This document shows, piece after piece, positions 26,683-34,996 of a DNA stretch of 64,000 nt. The number at the start of each line of letters is the position of its first letter. Within the stretch, counting starts at the first letter, position 1. The DNA comes from an uncultured delta proteobacterium. GTDB taxonomy: Bacteria > Myxococcota_A > Polyangia > Fen-1088. Location of the stretch: NCBI GenBank assembly GCA_963767925.1, contig CAVYGB010000008.1:1120001-1184000 (forward strand). Direction: 5' to 3'. The notes below the pieces were generated by a model that did no database searches, was not told the origin of the DNA, and saw nothing but the letters and a program-made list of their open reading frames with translations. The position numbers and the translations under genes are program-made.

Positions 26683-27657
26683 CTAGCAGGCGCCCAGCAC
26701 TTCGGCGAGGGAGGGCAGGCCGGCCCGGGCTCCCAGGCTGCGGCAGGAGAGCCCGGCGGCGGCGTTGGCGAAGGGCAGCGCGTCCTCGAGGGCCCAGCCG
26801 GCGGCGGTGGCGTAGGCGAAGGCCCCGCAGAACACGTCGCCCGCGCCGGTCCGGTCGGCGACCGGCACGTCGAGGGGGTCTTGCTGCACCAGCTTGTCGC
26901 CCTCGAGGGCCATGGCCCCCTCGGGGCCCAGGGTGATGACGGCGACCCGGGGACCGAGGCGGGTGATCTCGCGCAGGCTGCTCTCGATCTGGTCGGAGGG
27001 GGCGATCTCGCTGGCGAACCGCTCCGACCCGATGACCACGTCGGCCAGCGAGAGCAGCTCGCCCATCCCGCCCCCCAGGTGACCGGCGTTGAGCAGAACG
27101 GGGATCTTCTTGGCCCGGGCCTTCTCGGCCAGGGCCGCCTGCAGGGCCGGCTGGTAGCCGTCGAGGCAAAGCAGGGAGCACCCCACCAGCAGCCGGGGGG
27201 GCAGGTCCCGGGTCTCGAGGGCGGTGGTGCTGCCACCGGTGCACAACATGCGCTGCCGGCGGGTGAACTCGTCCATCTCGACGATGGAGACCGGCGAGAG
27301 CTTCTGCTGCTCGATCTGGACCAGCGAGGTGTCGACGCCAACGTCGGACAGCCCGCTGAGGATGAACCGGCCGAAGTGGTCGTCACCGACCCGCCCGAAG
27401 AAGCGGGCGTTGGCCCCCAGCAGGGCGATGGTGGCGAGGGCCGTGCCGGTGGCGCCTCCCCCTTGCATGCTGAAGACGCTCAGCTCGACCCGCCGCTCGT
27501 CGAGGCGGGGCGCCACGCAAATGAGCTCCACGGTGGCCTGACCCACCCCCACCACCACGCCCCGGGGCGCCGGCCGGGCGCGGCCCCGCCTCGGTGCCGG
27601 CTTGCGGGTTCGAGGACTGGGCGAGCGGGCCGGGCGGCGCGGGCGACGCGCGAGCAT
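26683..27657 (-). CDS. PfkB/ribokinase-family carbohydrate kinase
   Basis: GGG..GRVGDDHFG..GVDTS and DRTGAGDVF motifs. Start supported by an extended -10 element 7 nt upstream. Confidence 0.88.
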   Translation of the reverse strand: MLARRPRRPARSPSPRTRKPAPRRGRARPAPRGVVVGVGQATVELICVAPRLDERRVELSVFSMQGGGATGTALATIALLGANARFFGRVGDDHFGRFILSGLSDVGVDTSLVQIEQQKLSPVSIVEMDEFTRRQRMLCTGGSTTALETRDLPPRLLVGCSLLCLDGYQPALQAALAEKARAKKIPVLLNAGHLGGGMGELLSLADVVIGSERFASEIAPSDQIESSLREITRLGPRVAVITLGPEGAMALEGDKLVQQDPLDVPVADRTGAGDVFCGAFAYATAAGWALEDALPFANAAAGLSCRSLGARAGLPSLAEVLGAC

Positions 27658-27670
27658 CGGGACAATCGTA

Positions 27671-30600
27671 TCACCTCGCAGAGGCCGGGAGGAGTGGTTG
27701 GCCCGCCGCCTCCTGCGCGGCGATGTACCGTTCGAGCGCGGCGACCGCCTTGCCGTAGGTGACGCTCGCGTAATGTGCGCGGCCCAGATAGTAGAGGACC
27801 GCGGGCCGCTTGGCGACGAAGGCGGGATCGTCGGCGAGCGGCTTGAGCTGCTCGACCGCATCGCCGTAGAGCTCGGCCTTGTAGTGCAGAAAGCCCGAGA
27901 CGAGGGTGAAGTCCTGGCCCAGCTGGCCCCAGACGTCCTCGGGCCAGGCCTCGAGGACCTTGTAGGCGGTTGCGTAGCGGCGGCCGGCCATCAGGGCCTG
28001 GACCTCCGCGTACTCGCGGCGAATGCGCTCGCCGTGCCGTTCGGCCAGCCGGGCGGGCGGCGACGGCGGCGCGAGGTCAGCGGCGGGCGCCAGGGGGATC
28101 TCGGGGTCCCGGTCTTCGCGGGTGTCGACGAGATCGATCAGCAGACGCGCCCGGTCCGCCTCGGGGCCTCCCCCGCTGGCCCGCGCGGCCATCGCCCAGG
28201 CCTGCGCCTCCCGGATCTTGCCGTGCGACAGGAGGCTGCGGGACAGCAGGCCGCGCGCCGCGGCCTCCGTCTCCTGATAGCCGGAGACCAGGCCGCTCAG
28301 CCGTCCGTAGGGCCAGCGCGGTCCGTAGACCCGGGCCAGGTAGGGCTCGAAGCGCGAGTAGCCGAGGAGGTCGCGGGGTGCGTTGAACTCGATGCGGGCG
28401 TTGTCGTCGGTGTTGAGCTGGGCTCCCGCGGAGAAGGACTCCACCTCTTCGGGCGCGAGCAAGAGGTGGGCGAAGACGTCGTGGGCGGTCGCCAGGCCGG
28501 CCCGGCGGGCCTCCGCCCCGGTTGTCGGATCGGCCAGGCGGCGTTCGACCCGCTGCCGATCGAGGGTCAGGGGGCGGTTGCTCGCGATGAGGATCGTGTC
28601 AGACGAGAGGTCCTCGGGAGAGAAGACGAGGACGTGGCGGAACTCCTCGCGCAGGGTCCGGTAGATCGATTTGACGTTCCAGGGCGCCAGCTCGTAGAGC
28701 TGCGCCCACTGGCAGAAGATCCCATCGGGCGCCAGGCGGGCCTTGACCGCCTGGAAGTACTCCCGGGTAAAGAGGTTCGAGACGCCGGTGATCCAGGGGT
28801 TGGAGGGCTGGCTCACGATCACGTCGAAGGGGTCGCGCCGCTGGGTGAGGAAGTTCCGGCCGTCGCCCACCCGGGCCCGGACCTTGGGGTTGACCAGGGG
28901 CCGGTGGTTGACGTGATCGAAGAAGCGGGAGGCCCGGTAGATGGCCGGCTCGAGCTCCACAACCTCGAGCGAGGCGATCGGGAACTGGGTGATCGATCCG
29001 GCGGTCGCGCCCGAGCCGAAGCCGATCAGCGCCACCCGGGGCGGCCGCGTCCGCTCGTCGTGGGGATAGAGCAGCAGGGGCAGCAGCCCCACGCTGATCT
29101 GGGTCGGCATGTCGGCCTCGCTGGAGGCGTCGACCTTGCCGTTGTTCTTGAGGGAGTAGGTCTTGCCCCAGCGGTCGACCGACACGGTGGTGGCCACCCC
29201 GTCCTCGTAGAACACCAGCTCCGGCTTGTCCCAGCCGCGGCGCTGGGCCCGCCGCTCGATGTAGTCCTTGGCGATCGAGACCCGGAAGAAGCCCACCGAG
29301 AAGTTGGTCAGGTTCCAGCGTGGCAAGAGCAGGCCGGTCACGGCGAAGGCCACCGCCAGGCCCGTGCCGGCCAGCCGTTGTAGGCGGGGCAGGGCGGGGG
29401 CCACCAGGAAGAGCAGGCCGGCCAGGAGCAGCCCGGTGAGGACGGCGGCGTAGATCCCCCGCTGCAGCCCGAGCAGGGGCAACACCACGAAGCCCGACAG
29501 GAAAGACCCGGTGATGGCCCCGAGCGTGTTGATCCCGTAGGCCCGCCCCAGGTCGGTCCCCACGCGATCGAAGTCGGAAGCGACGATGCGGATGGTGAGG
29601 GGAAACACCCCGCCCATGAGGAGGGTCGCCGGCAGCACGGTGACGCAGGCGGCGACGAACTGGCAAATCTGGATGGCGTCGACCCCGGCGCGGGTCGAGG
29701 AGACCAGCCAGGCGAACACGAAGGGCAGCTCGTCGGTGATGAGGTAGGAGAAGCCGACTGCCACCGCGATGCCGAGGTGCAGGCAGGCCAGCGCCCGCAC
29801 CGGATGGGCGGCCCGATCGGCCACCCGGCCGAAGATCGCCGAGCCGCCTCCCAGCCCCACCAGGAAGGCCAGGAGGATGAGGGTGAAGGAGAAGATGGAG
29901 GAGCCCAGCACCACCGCCAGAGCCCGGGTCCAGAGCACCTGCAGGGTCATCGCCGTGAGCCCCGAGAGGGCGAAGCCGGCGAGCACCAGGCGGCGGGCGG
30001 CGCGGGTGGGCCGAACGGCTGCCACCCGCAGGCGGGGCTCGATCTCCAGCCCGAGCTGCTCGGCCAGGGCGTCGAGGGTGGGGCGTTGCTGGACGCGGGC
30101 CAGCAGGGGGCGGGCCAGCAGCACCACCGCCGCCAGGGTCAGGTTGATCCCCGCGGCGGTGAAGTTGGTGAGCCGCACGCCCAGCCCGGGGAGGAAGACG
30201 AACCCGGCGAGGAAGGCGCCCGCGACCGCCCCGAAGAGGTTGAGCGCGTAGAGCGACCCGAGCTGCGACCCCAGGCCCCCCATCTGACCCGGGCGGGACA
30301 CCAGGTATCGCCCCAGGAGCGGCAGGGTGGCCCCCATGAGGGTGGTGGGGAGCAGGAGCAAGACGGCCGACGCCAGAAAGCGCAGGGTGGAGAGGAGGGC
30401 GTAGTTCCAGCCACCGGCCGCCCCGGCCGGCGCGGCGTCGCCGAACGTCGTCCACAGCCAGGTGTTCAGGGCGGGGTAGCGGACCAGAACCAGCGGGAGC
30501 GCCAGGGCGTACAGGCCCACGCCCAGCTCCGCCAGGGCATAGGCGCGCAGCGGGTCGCGAATCCGGTCCGAGGCCCTGCCGGCCAGCGCCGAGCCGAGGC

Positions 30601-30805
30601 CGAGGCCACCCATGTAGGCGGTGAGGACGGTCGAGATGGCCAGAGTCGTCGACCCGAACACCAGGGTGAGACCCCGGGTCCAGACCATCTCGAACATCAG
30701 GCCTGACGCCCCCGAGAGAAAGAAACAGGCCAGCGCAAGGGCCCGGAGGGGGTGCCCCGAGACCGGTGAGCCAGTGGCCGATCCAGTGGTAGCGAGCGGT
30801 GGCAT
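27671..30805 (-). CDS. Fused membrane (MFS-like) / spermidine-synthase-like protein with C-terminal TPR
   Basis: About 14 TM segments (FFLSGASGLMFEMVWTR..), then NNGKVDA, LIGFGSG, VVELEP, GDGRNF, TDDNARIEF and a TPR tail. Confidence 0.85.
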   Translation of the reverse strand: MPPLATTGSATGSPVSGHPLRALALACFFLSGASGLMFEMVWTRGLTLVFGSTTLAISTVLTAYMGGLGLGSALAGRASDRIRDPLRAYALAELGVGLYALALPLVLVRYPALNTWLWTTFGDAAPAGAAGGWNYALLSTLRFLASAVLLLLPTTLMGATLPLLGRYLVSRPGQMGGLGSQLGSLYALNLFGAVAGAFLAGFVFLPGLGVRLTNFTAAGINLTLAAVVLLARPLLARVQQRPTLDALAEQLGLEIEPRLRVAAVRPTRAARRLVLAGFALSGLTAMTLQVLWTRALAVVLGSSIFSFTLILLAFLVGLGGGSAIFGRVADRAAHPVRALACLHLGIAVAVGFSYLITDELPFVFAWLVSSTRAGVDAIQICQFVAACVTVLPATLLMGGVFPLTIRIVASDFDRVGTDLGRAYGINTLGAITGSFLSGFVVLPLLGLQRGIYAAVLTGLLLAGLLFLVAPALPRLQRLAGTGLAVAFAVTGLLLPRWNLTNFSVGFFRVSIAKDYIERRAQRRGWDKPELVFYEDGVATTVSVDRWGKTYSLKNNGKVDASSEADMPTQISVGLLPLLLYPHDERTRPPRVALIGFGSGATAGSITQFPIASLEVVELEPAIYRASRFFDHVNHRPLVNPKVRARVGDGRNFLTQRRDPFDVIVSQPSNPWITGVSNLFTREYFQAVKARLAPDGIFCQWAQLYELAPWNVKSIYRTLREEFRHVLVFSPEDLSSDTILIASNRPLTLDRQRVERRLADPTTGAEARRAGLATAHDVFAHLLLAPEEVESFSAGAQLNTDDNARIEFNAPRDLLGYSRFEPYLARVYGPRWPYGRLSGLVSGYQETEAAARGLLSRSLLSHGKIREAQAWAMAARASGGGPEADRARLLIDLVDTREDRDPEIPLAPAADLAPPSPPARLAERHGERIRREYAEVQALMAGRRYATAYKVLEAWPEDVWGQLGQDFTLVSGFLHYKAELYGDAVEQLKPLADDPAFVAKRPAVLYYLGRAHYASVTYGKAVAALERYIAAQEAAGQPLLPASAR

Positions 30806-30919
30806 GAGATCGCGATCCGTTGGCAGGGCTCAAGGAGCCGTCAACCGCGCCGATCAGGAGCCTGAGGCGTGGTGTCGAACCCCGCACCGGCTACGCGATG
30901 GTGGTATAGTAGAGTTTTC

Positions 30920-31657
30920 ATGCGATACGGCATCCTCTCCGACACACACGCCAACATCGAGGCTCTGGAATCGGTGTTCAAGGCCCTCGAGAGCGAGTCC
31001 ATCGATCGCTACGTGTGTCTCGGCGATACGGTCGGTTACGGGGCCAGTCCCAACGAGGCCTGCGCGCTGATGCGCAAGAAGGTCGCGTTCGCGATCCTCG
31101 GCAACCACGACGCCGCCGTGGCCGGCCGCATGGACTATTCCTACTACTACTACGCCGCCCGACACGCCCTCGACAAGCACGCCCAGATCCTCGACCGTGA
31201 GAACATGGCCTGGCTCAAGGAGCTGCCCTACGAGGTGCGCGAGCACGAGGTCCTCTTTTGCCACGGTTCACCCATCAACGCGCAGGAGTTCGACTACATC
31301 TTCGCGCGCGACCAGGCAGCCCGCTGTCTGAGCATCTGGGACACGATTCCCCGCCTCACCGTGATCGGGCACTCCCACCTCTGCAAGTCGTTCGCCCTCA
31401 ACCCCGAGCACCCGGGCGCGCAGGAGGTGGTGTCCCTCAAGTTCCAGCTCCGGCCCGGCTGGAAATACATCGTCAGCGTCGGATCGGTGGGGCAGCCGCG
31501 CGACTTCGATCCGCGGGCCAGCTACACCATCTTCGACACCGAGACCGCCACCTTCGAGTTCAAGCGGGTCGAATACGACGTGAAGGCCGCCGCCAGCAAG
31601 ATCCTCTCGTCCGACCTGGAGCCGAACTTCGGCACCCGGCTATTTCTCGGCATCTGA
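30920..31657 (+). CDS. Metallophosphoesterase (calcineurin-like)
   Basis: SDTHAN, LGDTVGYG, GNHD, HGSP, GHSH and GSVGQPRD. Confidence 0.92.
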   Translation: MRYGILSDTHANIEALESVFKALESESIDRYVCLGDTVGYGASPNEACALMRKKVAFAILGNHDAAVAGRMDYSYYYYAARHALDKHAQILDRENMAWLKELPYEVREHEVLFCHGSPINAQEFDYIFARDQAARCLSIWDTIPRLTVIGHSHLCKSFALNPEHPGAQEVVSLKFQLRPGWKYIVSVGSVGQPRDFDPRASYTIFDTETATFEFKRVEYDVKAAASKILSSDLEPNFGTRLFLGI

Positions 31658-33073
31658 GGCGGTCGGGGCGGGCAGGGCCACCTCCGCGCCGGTGGCGCGG
31701 GACAGGCTGGCCGCCGCCATGTTGAGATCGAAGATGGCCTGCAGGGCCCGGATGCGGAACTGAAACGAGGCCACCAGGGCGTCGGCGAAGTCCTTGGCCT
31801 CGGCCAGGCCGGTCGCGAAGTTCGCCCCCACTGCGGTGATCCAGGCCTTGGCCGCCCGCTCGCCCTTGCGGACCGCCGCGAGCCGCTTCGTCGCCTCCCG
31901 CAGGCTGGCGTGGGCCCGCTCGACCTCGAAGCCGATGCCCCCTATCGCCTCGCGCCGCCGGTGGATCGTCTCCTCGGCGTCGGCGCGGAGCTGGGCCGCG
32001 CGGGCGTTGCGCACCCCCAGGTCGAGGGGCAAACGCAGGGCGGCCGCTACCCCCGCGCCCCGTGAGTTGAAGGGATCGTTGAAGAACGCGTTCTGAGGAT
32101 CGTCGATCGAGCTGGCGTAGGCCAGGGTGGCGCTGCCCACCAGCACCAGGTCGGGGTATTGTTTCCGGCGCTCGAGGTCGGCGAGGGCCCGCTTGCTGGC
32201 CACCAGGTGTTCGAGGGCGCGCAGCTCGGGCCGAGCCAGCCGGGCCTGCTCCTCGTAGTGCGACAGGGTGCGCTGCGGGACGTTGAGCGGCTCGAGCGGC
32301 TCGCCATCGATCTCGATGTCGGCGGGCGCGTCCGGTCCGATGAGCGCGCGCAGGCCGCCCCGGGCCTCGTCGGCCCCCTTTTGCGCCTCGAGCAGGCGCA
32401 GCTCCACCTCGGCCTCCACAGTCAGCATCCGCAGCCGATCGGTCTGGGTAACGCTGCCGGTTCCCTCCTTGAGGTCCTTCTCGATCTGGGCCTGGGCCTC
32501 CTGCAGGCGGCCCTGGCCCTCGTTGATGGTCTCCAGCACGGCCCGGGCCAGCTTGAGGCCGTAGTAGGCCCGCTTGACGTTGAGGGCGACCTCCGCGGCC
32601 AGCCCGTCCTCGCGCTTGCGGGAGGCGGACAGCCCTTCGCGGGCGGCCTGGCGGCCGGCGGTGAGCTTGCCGAAGGTGAACAGGGGCTGGACCAGGCGGA
32701 ATTCGGTGCGGGTGAAGATGCCCCGGAACTTCAGGGCCTCGCTGACGTCGTTGATATCCTTGAGGCTGGTGCTCGTGCAGTTCTCGACGCTGGGCCAGCA
32801 GCGGATCTCCGGGACCGGCGCCAGCACGCTGAGCATCTCGCCGCTCGGCAGCCAGCTCCAGTTCGCCTCGTCGAGCTGGGCCTCCACCCGGGCGGTGGCC
32901 CGGGCCCCTGCCGCCAGGCCCGGGTTGCTCTTGCGGACCAGGTCGAGGAGCTCGGGCAGGGTGTAGGCCCGCCCCGCCGCCGCCGGCCCCGCCAGGAGCC
33001 CGACCAAGACGAAGACCAATAACAAGACGAGGGCGAGACCGGAGAGGCGCGGACGGACCTGGCGGTGACACAT
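31640..33073 (-). CDS. TolC-family outer-membrane efflux protein
   Basis: Signal peptide, TLPELLDLVRKSNPGL, QPLFTFG, VKRAYY, RPEL, YPDL, LPLDLG and LSRATG. Confidence 0.85.
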   Translation of the reverse strand: MCHRQVRPRLSGLALVLLLVFVLVGLLAGPAAAGRAYTLPELLDLVRKSNPGLAAGARATARVEAQLDEANWSWLPSGEMLSVLAPVPEIRCWPSVENCTSTSLKDINDVSEALKFRGIFTRTEFRLVQPLFTFGKLTAGRQAAREGLSASRKREDGLAAEVALNVKRAYYGLKLARAVLETINEGQGRLQEAQAQIEKDLKEGTGSVTQTDRLRMLTVEAEVELRLLEAQKGADEARGGLRALIGPDAPADIEIDGEPLEPLNVPQRTLSHYEEQARLARPELRALEHLVASKRALADLERRKQYPDLVLVGSATLAYASSIDDPQNAFFNDPFNSRGAGVAAALRLPLDLGVRNARAAQLRADAEETIHRRREAIGGIGFEVERAHASLREATKRLAAVRKGERAAKAWITAVGANFATGLAEAKDFADALVASFQFRIRALQAIFDLNMAAASLSRATGAEVALPAPTASDAEK

Positions 33074-33137
33074 GGTTCGAGGCGCAGTGTACACTGTGGT
33101 TTGACCCTCGCGGGCCCGCGTGCTACCGGAAGCGGTG

Positions 33138-33746
33138 ATGGACGCCACCGGTCGCGCTCCTCCGGAGCCGCCTTCGCTCTCGACGCCGCCGGCTTCCTCG
33201 ACGCCGCCGGCTTCCTCGACGCCGCCGGCTTCCTCGACGCCGCCGGCTTCCTCGACGCCGCCGGCTTCCTCGACGCCACGGGCCTCGCGGGTCGAGACGG
33301 CGAACCTGGTCCTGCCCGGACTGACCAACGCTCGCGGGAGCATCTTCGGGGGAATGTTGATGCAGTGGATCGACATCGCCGGCGCCATCGCCGCCGGCCG
33401 CCACGCCCAGGGTGCGGTGGTCACCGCTTCGATGGACCGGCTGCACTTCATGGAGCCGGTGCGGCTGGGGGCGGTGGTGATCATCCAGGCCCAGGTCAAC
33501 TTCGCGGCCCGGACCTCCCTCGAGGTCGGCGTGCGGGTGTTCGTGGAGGATCCCCGCACCGGCTCGCGCCTGCAGGCCACGCGGGCTTACCTCACCTTCG
33601 TGGCCGTCGACGAGGCCGGTCGCCCCCGGCCGGTCACGCCTCTCGTCCTCGAGGACGAAGAAGATCGGCGGAGGTTCGATCTCGCGGCCCGCCGCCGCCA
33701 GGATCGGCTGGCCGAGCGGCGGGAGATCGAGACGCGCCATGACTGA
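33138..33746 (+). CDS. Hot-dog acyl-CoA thioesterase with repetitive N-terminal extension
   Basis: VLPGLTNARGSIFGG..WIDIAG..VVTASMD..F..PV..TSLEVGV..YLTFVAVD. Confidence 0.9.
   Translation: MDATGRAPPEPPSLSTPPASSTPPASSTPPASSTPPASSTPPASSTPRASRVETANLVLPGLTNARGSIFGGMLMQWIDIAGAIAAGRHAQGAVVTASMDRLHFMEPVRLGAVVIIQAQVNFAARTSLEVGVRVFVEDPRTGSRLQATRAYLTFVAVDEAGRPRPVTPLVLEDEEDRRRFDLAARRRQDRLAERREIETRHD
33180..33287 (+). repeat. 18-bp tandem repeat (5 perfect copies + 1 degenerate) encoding STPPAS
   Basis: Unit TCGACGCCGCCGGCTTCC at 33180, 33198, 33216, 33234 and 33252; degenerate copy at 33270. Confidence 0.95.
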
Positions 33747-34746
33747 GCGGGCCAATGTCAACGAGGTGACCAGCGGGACGACCGGCGAGGTGCTCGAGCG
33801 GGACGCCGCCCTCGTCGAAGGAGAGCCCTGGGAGGTGATCGGCGCCACCGGAGGGGACCGCATCGGTTTCCTGCACCGGTTGCTCACGGGGAAGATAGAG
33901 GGCGTGGCCGCGGGGCACGGGGGGCGCACCCTGCTGCTGACCACCAAGGGGCACACCGTCGCCGACCTCCTGTTCTTCGTGCGCGAGCAGGATCTGCGCC
34001 TGGTGGTCCCGCCCGGGCAGGGTGCGGCCACCGCGGCCGCCCTCACGCGCTACGCGATCATGGACGACTTCGCGGCCCGGTTTCAGCCGGAGCTCCGCCA
34101 GCTCGCGATCCACGGCCCGCGCGCCGCCGATCGCCTGCAAGCCGCCGGCGTGCCGGTGCCCGGGCCCCTGGCCGGCCCGGAAGAGTTCCTGCACGCCGAC
34201 GTGGAAGGTCCCGAAGGCCCCCTCTGGCTGGTCCGCCTCCGGGGGCTGGGAGCGCCCGGGCTGTGGGTCTTCGGCGCTCAGGATGCCACCGGAGCGCTGC
34301 GTGGCCGCCTCGAGCAGGCCGGGGTCCCGACCATCGACACCGCCCGGGCCGAGGCGCTGCGGATCGGGGCCGGTGAGCCCCGCTTCGGCGTCGAGATCAC
34401 GCCCGATTACTTTCCGATGGAGGTCGGGCGCAGCTCGGCCATCGACTACTCCAAGGGCTGTTACCTGGGGCAGGAGCCGATCGTCCGCATCCGCGACCGC
34501 GGCCACATCAACTGGCGGCTCGTCGGTCTCCGGCTCGGGCCGGGGGCGCAGGTGGCGGCCGACGACCGGCTGGAGACCGACAGCAAGCCCAAGGCGGGGC
34601 GGGTGACGAGCGCGGCGGTCCTGCCGGACGGCCGGCCGGTGGCCCTGGCCCTCCTGCACGTCAGCATTCCGGCGGGGGCCGAGGTCCGGGTCCGGCATGG
34701 CGAGGACCTGGCGCCAGCCGAGGTGGTCGCCCTCCCGGAAGACTGA
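33739..34746 (+). CDS. ygfZ: Folate-binding Fe-S/tRNA modification protein YgfZ
   Basis: GcvT-like fold with the KGCYLGQE signature. Confidence 0.9.
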   Translation: MTERANVNEVTSGTTGEVLERDAALVEGEPWEVIGATGGDRIGFLHRLLTGKIEGVAAGHGGRTLLLTTKGHTVADLLFFVREQDLRLVVPPGQGAATAAALTRYAIMDDFAARFQPELRQLAIHGPRAADRLQAAGVPVPGPLAGPEEFLHADVEGPEGPLWLVRLRGLGAPGLWVFGAQDATGALRGRLEQAGVPTIDTARAEALRIGAGEPRFGVEITPDYFPMEVGRSSAIDYSKGCYLGQEPIVRIRDRGHINWRLVGLRLGPGAQVAADDRLETDSKPKAGRVTSAAVLPDGRPVALALLHVSIPAGAEVRVRHGEDLAPAEVVALPED

Positions 34747-34793
34747 GCGGGGCTCTTTCGCTGCACCGGGGAAAGCTGCTAAATAGTCGCCGC

Positions 34794-34949
34794 ATGGGGA
34801 AACACGACAACCGCCGTTCGATGAAGATGCGCCGCCGCGTGGGGCAAAAGAAGCTCAAGGCCCGCATCAAGCGCCGCAAAGCAGCGCGGGCTCCCGCCAA
34901 GACCGTCGCCAGCAAGGCGCCCGCCAAGAAGAAGCCGGCCAAGGAGTAG
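34794..34949 (+). CDS. Small highly basic protein (51 aa), not in the ORF track
   Basis: MGKHDNRRSMKMRRRVGQKKLKARIKRRKAARAPAKTVASKAPAKKKPAKE*. Host-like codons (AAG, CGC, GCC); TGC-TAAATA element 8 nt upstream; fills the ygfZ-mutS gap. Confidence 0.75.
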   Translation: MGKHDNRRSMKMRRRVGQKKLKARIKRRKAARAPAKTVASKAPAKKKPAKE

Positions 34950-34996
34950 GGCTGGCCCTGCGCCCCGAGCTGCGCCGACCGGGCGAGGCACGTGAC

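Noticed and set aside
31142..31153. (TAC)4 microsatellite giving YYYY in the metallophosphoesterase
   Set aside because: In frame and short; best explained by a Tyr-rich protein segment.
33180..33287. CRISPR array
   Set aside because: The repeats are contiguous with no spacers, only 18 bp long, and there are no cas genes.
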